Source of the DNA: a virus
Lineage: Duplodnaviria; Caudoviricetes
IMG/VR virus record: IMGVR_UViG_3300047666_001043
Span: 1 to 29,606 of that record
Length of the DNA: 29,606 bases
Reading direction: 5' to 3' (one strand)
This document shows positions 17,001 to 23,800 of this stretch, in pieces (the first letter of the stretch is position 1; each line of letters begins with the position of its first letter). The position numbers and the translations under genes were made by a program. Under the pieces are notes generated by a model. The model had not been told where the DNA came from and did not search any database. It saw only the letters and a list, made by a program, of their open reading frames with translations.

Positions 17001-19347
17001 TAATATTTACGGCCGTTGATTTTGGAGCAAAGAATGTAGTTGTTCCTTTTGCTCGCATTGAGATATCACCAAACTGAGTACCACTGTTGTTCAGCGTCAT
17101 TTGTCCACCGTTCAGTGCATAGAACGCACAACGAACAAAGATTGACAAAGAACCAATACCGTTAACACCAGCACCGTCTCTAGCAACATATCCTAAACCG
17201 TTTTGAGTACGAGGTGTAAAACCAAAACAAAGTACGTAGGTATATAATGAATCGGTATCAAGTACTCTTCTGTCTGCAAGTACACAACCGCCACCACGAC
17301 CAACCGCTCTGTTAGGGAAATCATCAATTCCGATAGAAGCAATTGTTGCTGTACCACCAGATTCAGAAGTTATTGTATCACCAACCGCAAATCCTTGACC
17401 GTTCTTAAGGTTACGAACTCGAATTGTACTTGAAGAATTTACATCACCAGGTACTACACCTTTCTTTGCATCTAATTTATCATCCCAAGATAGGAAACCA
17501 ATAGCACCAGATGAGAATACAACTTCATCATCAATATTCCATAAGCTTAGTAAAGGATCACTGCTGTTTCCTGTAACCCCTGATAGTACAAATGTTTGAC
17601 CAAGGTCAGCAAGAGTACCTTTTGAGTTATAAGGATTAAGAGGTGGTTCAACATCTTGGCGTAAGAAGTTAGATAACTGAGTACTATCTCTTAAGTAAGG
17701 TGAACGTAATAACTTGGCACCAGGACGATAGGCAATTGCGAAACCACCTTCTGGGAAGTCAAAGTTATCAACTTTAAAGTTCTGGTAACCAAATCCTTGA
17801 ACGTAACCACCAGATCCTACAAGAATACCGTTATTGTTTTCGTAGCCAGGTAGCATTTCAATAACTGTTGCGTACTGACCTGCAGTTGAAGTACAAGAAC
17901 AGTCATCAGGCAACATCAAGTTACCTTTTGTATAATAAGTACCAGGACCTACTGAAATATGAACAGCGTTGTTAATTGCGTTACGATTTAATTCGCCGCC
18001 TGCTTTTTCTAAACAAAGTTCAAATGCTCTTTCCAGTGTTCTTACTGGTTGCATCATTGTTCCTGGGTTATCATCGTCACCAGAACCGGCATCTACATTA
18101 ACTTTAAGTGCCTGTGCTGTTTTCTTTGATACTTCAGAGAATAGTTGTCCGAAGTTTATTTGTTCTGTATCGCCTGTCTTTTCGTTACGAATTGCGAAGT
18201 AACTTTCATCATCGATTGGCGCCTCAAACTCTTTGCTGAGATTCATATCGAAGTCGACAAGTTGAGATTTATCAACTATGCCTGTAAAGGTTGATCCTGT
18301 TATTGTACCATTATCGAACGATGATCCGTTTGCACTTAAGCCTTCAGCAGTTGAACTACCAATTGACATGTTAGTGGCAACAACATTATTCATCGTACCA
18401 GTGTATGTACTGCCACTTATGACACTGTCTGTAATAGTTGAATCATCAATCGTTGAATTGGTCAAGACAACGTTATTGCCTGTACCGTCGTTAAACTGAG
18501 AACTTGTTATGACAACATTATTTGCTGTGCTATTTGCTATTGTACCGTCAGTGTAAGATGAGTTAATAATTGTTGCATTATCAATATCACCGTCTGTATA
18601 GGTGGCATTAGTAATGTCGGTATTATTCATCGTACCATTAAGAATGGCAGTAGCATCAATCTGGCCAGCATTAAACTGTGAGGCGGTGATGATAGTATTA
18701 TTTGCTGTAGAATTTGTAATTGATGAGTTATCAATCGTTGAATTGGTCAGGACAACATTATTGCCTGTACCTTCATTGAACTCTGAACTTGTTATGACAA
18801 CGTTATTAGCAACACTATCGAATAATCTTGAAGACGTAATCGTTACGTTATTGGCAACACTATCATTTAGTGCTGAACTCGTAATGACAAAGTTATTAGC
18901 AGTTCCGTCAAGCAAAGTAGTATTGGTAAAGATATTATTATTACCAGTACCTTCTGAGAAATCAGAGAACGTAATTGTTACGTTATTTGCTGTACTGTCA
19001 AATATCTCGCCAACACTAAACGTTGAGGAAGAGATGGTAATATTGTTAGCAACCGAGTCGGTCATTACCGTATCTTTGATTGTACCACGGACAAAGTTAG
19101 TATCTTCGATTTCAGAATTATCTATATCAACGTTGTCTAGGCGCGAATCAGACATTCTCACACCAGAGATAGTTCCTCCAGTGATCGTTATTCTAGAAAA
19201 GATTTCATATTGAATTGCTTCAACTAATTCTTTTCTAGTTATATTACTTGTACCGTCGTCACCTTGGACTAGATTAACAATAACGAACAGGTCTTCTGTT
19301 CTAGTATTGGCACCTGTAATCGGAGGTAGTTCTGAAATTTTTGCCAT
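8083..19347 (-). CDS. Giant mosaic virion protein (3754 aa): N-terminal beta-solenoid, pectate-lyase-like beta-helix, 12 phycobiliprotein-like CxRD helical repeats, 9 His/Cys beta repeats
   Basis: Single uninterrupted ORF with its own late promoter and AAGGA RBS. It has an MAKISELP N-terminus typical of fibres, a GDDDNPGTMMQPVRTLERA...VGPGTY beta-helix cap motif, and internal repeats described in the findings. The ORF is very well supported; its function is inferred. Confidence 0.88.
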   Translation of the reverse strand: MAKISELPPITGANTRTEDLFVIVNLVQGDDGTSNITRKELVEAIQYEIFSRITITGGTISGVRMSDSRLDNVDIDNSEIEDTNFVRGTIKDTVMTDSVANNITISSSTFSVGEIFDSTANNVTITFSDFSEGTGNNNIFTNTTLLDGTANNFVITSSALNDSVANNVTITSSRLFDSVANNVVITSSEFNEGTGNNVVLTNSTIDNSSITNSTANNTIITASQFNAGQIDATAILNGTMNNTDITNATYTDGDIDNATIINSSYTDGTIANSTANNVVITSSQFNDGTGNNVVLTNSTIDDSTITDSVISGSTYTGTMNNVVATNMSIGSSTAEGLSANGSSFDNGTITGSTFTGIVDKSQLVDFDMNLSKEFEAPIDDESYFAIRNEKTGDTEQINFGQLFSEVSKKTAQALKVNVDAGSGDDDNPGTMMQPVRTLERAFELCLEKAGGELNRNAINNAVHISVGPGTYYTKGNLMLPDDCSCTSTAGQYATVIEMLPGYENNNGILVGSGGYVQGFGYQNFKVDNFDFPEGGFAIAYRPGAKLLRSPYLRDSTQLSNFLRQDVEPPLNPYNSKGTLADLGQTFVLSGVTGNSSDPLLSLWNIDDEVVFSSGAIGFLSWDDKLDAKKGVVPGDVNSSSTIRVRNLKNGQGFAVGDTITSESGGTATIASIGIDDFPNRAVGRGGGCVLADRRVLDTDSLYTYVLCFGFTPRTQNGLGYVARDGAGVNGIGSLSIFVRCAFYALNGGQMTLNNSGTQFGDISMRAKGTTTFFAPKSTAVNIIGNTAFAESIDYAADDIINDVSEYLTANSVNGGLGYQEYDSEKCLRDSGIVLDGTGYDIALDTNYWGRLGGITYRSPISYVVPGEQLEETKGALEYLRDQTKRVFATGNVEINERIETSFRELLNVLVNGEENINPIIWKDTSVPYTSARQLLQDNKKVISDGLINWIENNDEFYAYDSKACRRDVSDYILPAVKNDMMFDTNYNSVTAGRAYYMAAAKTVMENQNNETVSAYKRLKDQTNKLIDGDSFVASDRLDDAYDNILEILENKGKQFTPTAATYDPVSGLSVITLQPQTGLTVSNATYDPATGIMEVTVGSHTLKTGETVWFKPESITFSCNMGSGATNHAVPEAHHPYYNKPCPIIGVSSTTIRMNVGTGGTGQVAHTFVSATPQAIIAGHGLSAGRYVLLKTGGLVFTCDRDNNKTRTGYPRAGDPAAGTPLEVIGATPNRITINVGKSAIVDKHNFVVALPNAVSTLGDDIVWSDDVGIPAANRNARKQLQRNKEFIQDMIDGYIETTYYRYDSKKCRRDTEQYILPAVERDILTGSNYNAIQTGIAYRSGTTLADNVINNQLPQTLGAMEKLKTDLGSITPAAQLTVTDATYNPATGIMVATVGTHPMAIGDYVNFASEGITFSCDTGSGVTNHAVPESHHPYHDAPCPITAVSSTTITMNVGTGGTGQFPHTFVSAVANAISPAPAAASFTPTTATYDPATGKFEATIGQHSLQPGDYIRFSNGGITFSCDTGSGVQNDAVPASHHPYFNHPCPIEAVTSTTIIMDVGTGGTGQYPHTFVSALTNSITEVISVGLSDAASTHRSDQAIDKIKGILSSANKTYSPSNATYDPVSGLVEITVGAHDLQVGTEVLLAPNSLTFTCATDANATQHSYPTTTITNFTPTAATYDPATGEFTADIGVHKLKIGDEIEIATRGVTFSCALDGNLTNHAIPEPHHTSTYKKKIKITSVSGNVIGCQVGAVANGGGVHTFVSAVTGAIKGERQHPAYKKPVVVAAVTSTSFTINAGLSTDTSVHTFVSALSDSVKSAKYISTYTPYDATYDPVTGVFVASIGKHNLVAGDTVVIKPNSVIFTCTLDGGVTEHAAPAIHHPAYKTPVRLTAVTTDTITMNIGIGTGGTHTFVRADVGAIDTDGLYFTDPASHVKHFTPTTATFVPSTGLSVITLKAGHGLTTEDYIEFAPYSFTFTCTLDGDATEHSYPRKGDVNYMTPMAITAVSGNDVTVNLGATSGGTHTFVSVIKDAVTKVTYNSQGQYAREQLQQNKEFLAKDISQYLDTQYFVFNGEKCSRDSGFILDAVRRDMATNSTWNSQFMGLGYRTGSVGANKVINDQLVETVAAINFLKGKVAADPNVTGTALTRTNQHFDKIIDIMQNGPANIGTKQWGSTAALSNNHNDAGNILVLNRAFIIAETTAFIAVNYPALNYTVADCERDTGYLVDGLIQDVKFGGNTCSVNFARLYFENANSVLSADQKEPTYKTWEHIADVIWNIVRDNTITPSTGNVTVQDVSGTDYSIEVANLARDRVNIVTQCISDDSLKYLPDYIEPAVEPAMIGAHAAIDGQTENLSLAVIDYLRDEHNGLPYAKEVCERDVGIMVDALSRDIEYGGNENLLEVFDYYFRRFDSASADYEQQRSTNVLPLEVKGQMKTLSNYEDTANVSGLREAINVLPYEQRKPTKLAFNRLGSMVGPITAGVQQTTVGTTFGVSTASYIPATGVFTADIGSHTLDVGNKIYLKPEGIVFSCDMGSGVANHTSPQKHHPYYNKAVTITSVTATTITMNVGTGGSGQQPHTFVSADADAIGTGPYHIIAGNVASVAKSGESSQLIYAIANLIDKTNIEAAEMPTLVKASFDPNRTLARKQLQRNRDFIIEEVQGYLQDRYYVFDGDKCKRDVGLLIDAVKVDILTGGNHNSVLNGVAYRIETAGTNKVINEQLVETIKGIEFARDKAINAVTDGALKIRTKASFNEIIDIMQNGRSAANAIDYTNTSPSTERINARSQLQNNKVFLQAEITAWLAANRPSHSYDVAKCERDTGYLIDAVAHDAQYGGNFATLNFTKLYFENGINVGLPLAQIEPSAAAFAHLGDCAQLIARDINIAGLKSAGNAETQSFAGGSSLLAVGEEVESLFDITATAITSGSMLMAPAQVFPDPNNAVWTSVNSTAYTQLEGIKDSVGTGLLAYLSEFFKVLPYSESKCRRDTGYIIDAISHDIQYGGNAATVQTAGMYFNNAVNIGLQIEQRMGTRDAFLHLGKIIEHVVGGKDITTTLYPRTGKYYTGDIVTKYKYWNGIPSYQTTTPQDFGAVGANPNTSIAARSLAEIVANAVDDNIETRDTIPERIDVLQTWMGDNYVTAKEIAERRSDILSEAVITYLSTTWNALSFPDAKCRRDIGYVLDAISHDIQHDTNFATLQSAGIYFENGVSVLPVDTKNQYADILQLLGDVVEQVVQETPVTNASTYTLTPQNLVGTAATASEGTAVHDLVGIIEQVIRADDQDEQPRPVSTASWIPTELSTAGQKIVDNTEELASDVTDFINSSFKVLDYSKAKCIRDTSYLLDAFSFDLNFGGNTASRWNADFYFWNSVYRLPEGQRIPTAKSYRQLGRICKDIVLGEYPGQVILGELATLVESKKVEKLANMFYNTQLYNDTKYLPVKEEPDYTYSNAIFTDAQNIIEQRRKQLQRDTVRHVNSAYNFIDINLTRRDARNLLTAVYNDFAYDKFNPDVAAPTYSDNGSQNSVRTYCASFFNYDGTHVFPVFNPTMQGLKYKGSVNAYADLSSITGMKPNWSYIVATDYATNFYAGDIYYWNGTTQLWTLEGANNTDLLDAFTGAWDKMKTYITTNISPDAEHTAMINGLFDDCLKDNVLRPETLIFGSLVESIAHQFNGASAGVNRNALPLNFRNLGQAISAIASVLNESGGRIRWSGADELNNQYFARGLRINGRTGRIEGRPFTSSVRKLARRASNSRAVV
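18445..18807 (-). repeat. Imperfect direct repeat of about 75 bp (18445-18522 and 18730-18807) within the N-terminal solenoid region
   Basis: Both copies encode NNVVITSS(E/Q)FN(E/D)GTGNNVVLTNSTID, offset by 285 nt. Confidence 0.8.
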
Positions 19348-19378
19348 CTTTAGTCTTTTCCTTGTGGTATTACCTTAT

Positions 19379-19386
19379 TATTTATA
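19379..19386 (-). promoter_or_regulatory. T4-type late promoter TATAAATA
   Basis: Exact consensus in the 54-bp intergenic gap upstream of the ATG at 19347. Confidence 0.85.
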
Positions 19387-19401
19387 AGACCAATACATCA
19401 A

Positions 19402-20664
19402 TTACTCTTTGTTTATAAGCTTGTTTTCTAAAACATTTACCTTTTCACTCAAATCTTTTATTGCATTTATTAGCAACGGCACTAATTGTTGGTATCTTAC
19501 TGCTTTGTAAGTACCATCTTCCATTTCAATATCATAAACTACTTCAGGAACTAACTCTTCAATCTCCTGAGCAATAACACCAGGATGCGTATCCTGAGGT
19601 CTGTTTTTATAGTTAAAGGTATATGTCTTTATTTGTTCTATCGTTTCCAATCCTTTATCGAGAGGAACAATATTTTCTTTTAATCTTTCGTCTGATGCAG
19701 ATCCGTTTGTCGTTACATCACCAGTAAAGTATCCATTACCTGATTGGTCAATAGAAGCCTTAACACTCCCGCCGGACTTAACAAGCAAACTTCCAGTAGT
19801 TGTTTCAATATTTCCAGATACTTGTAATGCACCATTTATACCGGCACCTGTACCAGACCAATAAAACGATTCAACAATAACCCCAGCGGTTTTCGCGTAT
19901 AAGCCACCAAACGGCGATCCTGAGACCTGCTTGCCAGACATATATGCTTCATCACCAGAACCTACTGAACCAGTTGTGATAAACTTATTACCTTGATAAC
20001 TGTCTAGTTCACCTTGACCATCAAAAGAAATAACACCAGTTGCAGAGTTAACGTTAATACCGTCTCCGCCTGTTACTGCAGCTCTTACTCTTGCCGTTGT
20101 ATGATAAAGATTAGATGTACCTTCCGATACATCATCAGTACTTAAACCGGCTCCGCCTGGACCAATTGATAAAGAACCAACTGTTAACGTGCCAGTTACG
20201 TTTGCATTTTCGGTTATGGCTAAGTTAGGAACTGTTAAAGTTCCTGCGGTTGATAATGAAAACTTATTAGGAGTAACGCCTGTATTAATAATAAAGTTGC
20301 CGGGATTTGAATTTTCTAATCCTACGTCCCAAGACAAAGAACCGTTAGTGTATCGTGTTTGTGCACCAGCACTATTCTCAAAAGTTGTTGTTAATTGAGA
20401 AGTACCTGTAACTTTAAAAGCACCGTTAACATTAACTGGAGCGCTACCAGTGACAGCTTCAATTGTATCGGTACTTATCTTTGTAGAACCAATTACATTA
20501 GCTGCAGTAAAGTTTCCAGTAAGTGTTGCACTGCCAGGTGTTGTGCTACCGCCTGGTGCTGCCGTCACTACATTAGTAGCTAATAGTTCAACTATCTCGT
20601 TTGTCTTGTTAAACCAATTTTGGAAGGTTTGCGAAGTTGTTATACTACCTAGATCCTGAGCCAT
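19402..20664 (-). CDS. Short tail fibre/spike with a C-terminal peptidase S74 chaperone
   Basis: 420 aa. N-terminal TFQNWFNKTNEI baseplate-anchor-like motif, STDDVSEGTSNLYHT fibre motif, and SDERLKENI...GVIAQEIEELVPEVV...VRYQQLVPLLINAIKDL S74 signature. Confidence 0.88.
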   Translation of the reverse strand: MAQDLGSITTSQTFQNWFNKTNEIVELLATNVVTAAPGGSTTPGSATLTGNFTAANVIGSTKISTDTIEAVTGSAPVNVNGAFKVTGTSQLTTTFENSAGAQTRYTNGSLSWDVGLENSNPGNFIINTGVTPNKFSLSTAGTLTVPNLAITENANVTGTLTVGSLSIGPGGAGLSTDDVSEGTSNLYHTTARVRAAVTGGDGINVNSATGVISFDGQGELDSYQGNKFITTGSVGSGDEAYMSGKQVSGSPFGGLYAKTAGVIVESFYWSGTGAGINGALQVSGNIETTTGSLLVKSGGSVKASIDQSGNGYFTGDVTTNGSASDERLKENIVPLDKGLETIEQIKTYTFNYKNRPQDTHPGVIAQEIEELVPEVVYDIEMEDGTYKAVRYQQLVPLLINAIKDLSEKVNVLENKLINKE

Positions 20665-20847
20665 TTATTTTTCTTCCAGTTTTTCTATTCTTTGGTAAAT
20701 ATCAAGAATACTCTTTTTAATATCCACTAAGTCATTTTGTATTCGGTCTACTTTGCGATAATAGTTCCGTTCTATTTTATATTTATTGAGAGCGGCAGCA
20801 TCAGTACTAAGAATTGCTCCATTTGTTTTATCTCTATTAATACTCAT
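20665..20847 (-). CDS. Small hypothetical coiled-coil protein (60 aa)
   Basis: RDKTNGAILSTD followed by a heptad-like C-terminus. It resembles the small gene that follows VrlC-like genes in T4-like marine phages. It has an AGGA RBS and its stop abuts the next ATG. Confidence 0.75.
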   Translation of the reverse strand: MSINRDKTNGAILSTDAAALNKYKIERNYYRKVDRIQNDLVDIKKSILDIYQRIEKLEEK

Positions 20848-20864
20848 TATGGTTCCTATAGTTC

Positions 20865-23800
20865 CTATGTCAATGCTAGGCCGCGGTAATCTTTTAGTGT
20901 TGGCGCGTTGTGTATGTTTGGAGATAGTAAATCAATACGAATTTGGAATCTCTTGAATCCTTCAAACACTCCACTCTGTGATGTATAAGTTAGTGGTCCA
21001 CTTTCAACGGAACCAGTTTTGTTTGCATCTTTAATTTTATATTTAAATTCTCTGTAATCACGTAGGTTTGATATTGTAGAATAAGATCCTACTCCTTCAA
21101 ACTTTTCTAATTCAGTCCATGCTAAGGAATCAAACGAATCAGAGTCATATTGATTTTGAGCTTTAATATAAACTTTAATATCTGTTCCTGAAGGACGATA
21201 CGCAGAAAGGATTAGGTTGAAATCTTCAGCATCAAGATCTTCCGCTAATTCAATTTTCTTACTAATATATTTTGCAGTTGTATCAGAATCATTAGTAATC
21301 TTATATTGATATGCAATAAGTTTAGACGATTCAATATCAATGAACGGAGTAGATGTTACGTTACTTCCATTCTCCATTGCGATATTTATTGTGAATGCTT
21401 TAACACCGGCTGGATCGTTTGATTTACTATAAAGAATAACACCTTTCTCTGCGAAATGGTTGTTATCATTAAACTGCATTGTCTTCAAGTAAGTAGTTGA
21501 TGTACTAGAAGGAGGTACAAAAGTTCCTGTTAGCGAAGTTCTTGAAGTTGAATCATTTGCCTTCATAATCATAGGCTGGACATAACTTAAGTTGATATCG
21601 TTAATAGCAGAAACATTTGCCGTTGAAGTACTATCAAGACCAACTATATTTGCACCTACGTTAAATTGTTTTGTGGTAGTTGCAGAAGAATGAGCAACAT
21701 GACATTCGTAAGGATTTCTTTGAACATCATATAGATCTAATTCACCGGCAACGACAGGCATATGAGTACCTGCTCCAGAGAACGAAGGCGGAGTTTCCAA
21801 TATAGCCGTAGTGGCATTTGTGATTGAAGCAATCTTATGTATTTCTATTTTAGCCGAAGCAGTATTTACAATTCTTATATAATCACCAGCAGCATAAACT
21901 GTATCGAGTGCTTGTGCGCCCGTTATTGTTTTAGAACCTGCGGTAGTATTAATACCTGTATTGCCAGGAGTGGATAATAATTGATAAACTAATTCACCTG
22001 GTGTAAACCTTCCTGTGATATTACTTAATGACAGGAATTCGTGATTTGCGTTTGTTAATTTAACAGTACCCGTTGAAGAATTAAAGTTATGCCTTCTTAT
22101 AGCAAATTTAATATCTTCGTCTTGGTATGATTTCCAAGCAGAGTTATTTGTTGAAGTAAATAGAACACCGTCGCCCCAATCCTGAGTAATAGCAGAACCT
22201 TTTGTTGCTCCTGGTGTTAAATCAATTCCACCAACTTTAGAAGTATAAATTAAGTAATTAGGATCTGATGCATCAGGTTGTACTACAATTGAGTATTCTT
22301 TTTCAACATCTAAACGTACAGGTGCCTCAAAGGTAAATGTTGTTGCTGTCGAAGCATCTTCAGAAGTATTTACATTAGCAGGTAATTTATGAACATTTGC
22401 GAATGGTAAGATTCTGTTTGTAGGATAACCATTTACTACTTCACGTATTTGTAAAGATACTCCGTTCAATGCAGCTGCATCATCACCACCTGAACCTGTC
22501 TGAGTTGGTTTACGACGGAAGTATACATCAATATCAGATAAGTAAATTGAATTAGAACCTGCACCCATACCTTTCTTAACAAAGAATGTTTGCGCAAGTG
22601 GATCTCTTCCTCGAATACGTCGAGCAACGTTTCTTGTTGTTACTGTTGTATTTACATCAAAGTTTGGAGATCTTGTTGAAGTTGTTAAACTTGTTTTCTC
22701 AACACTGAAGTTATATGCTCGATATGTAACAAATCCTTTACTTGTTGAAGCAGAAGAAATATTATCATATACGCTTACATCGGCAATTTCTAATACTCTA
22801 TCACCTACATAGAATGTTTCAGCAGGTAAATGGAACACTGCTCTTAATACACCGTTTGCATCTGTTAGAACTGAAGCTCCTTTATCACCATACCTACCAA
22901 CTTCTCCAACTGTATCAGCTGTAATTGAACCTGGCATTATATGGGCATCAACGTTCACTCCATCAAAGAAGAAGTAATGTCTTTGATTAGGTCTTAATCC
23001 TGACATATAAACTTTGATATCTCTTGCGGCCATATACGGTTGGAATCTAAAGTCGGAAACAAATTCACCAACAAACGCTTCTGTTGTTCTTGAACTATCA
23101 ATAGTAATTTCGCTTGATCTTGTTGTGATAGCTGTTGTTTCTGTTCCTGCCCCACGTCTTCCATCTGCTACAAAATTTCTAACAGAAGATGTATCAGTCA
23201 TAGGTAAGAATGCTTGAATCTCATCAACGAATTCTTGGAAAGGAGTAGTTAAATCAATATCAATAGAAGCAGGATTAACTGTTGTATCATAAGCAGCATC
23301 GTAAGGTGGAGATATAACTCCATCACCTACATACTTATAGAAGTTACTTACACAATTTCTAAAGTTTGATGCATACGGCTGATTAATAACCTCAACATTT
23401 GAATTCCTTCCTACAGTCGCTGCCTTAGCATCAGCAGTGGATGGGAAGATCGAAGAGCCTGACGCCGAATCGTATATCAAATCTAATGGGAATGTTTTTA
23501 ACGAAGGAGTTAAAATTTTCTGATTAAACGGTATTGCGGCATTAAACTGTGGATGATTGATTTCTGATAACTGTAAATTGTTAAAAGGATCTACAACGAA
23601 ACCGTTCTTAAATCTGTTTAAACCGTTCTCATCACGTACAACTAAATTATCTGTTTCAGATTCTAATTGATTCAATGAAATATAGTATGCCATGTTATCA
23701 ATCTTCTTTTCAAGATCGTGCATATCTTTCATTGTGTAATTCTTAACACCTGTTGCTCTTGGCTTAATGCTATAACCAGGTTTACGAAGAATATCAGCCT

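Noticed and set aside
8357-19213. Short alternative-frame and antisense ORFs inside the giant gene (e.g. 18602..19213 +, 15485..15853 +)
   Set aside because: They are explained by codon bias of the sense gene, and I saw no recognisable motifs in them.
8083-19347. Multiheme cytochrome c interpretation of the Cys/His-rich giant protein
   Set aside because: I saw no CxxCH motifs. The Cys residues occur singly, mostly in CxRD and F(S/T)C contexts.
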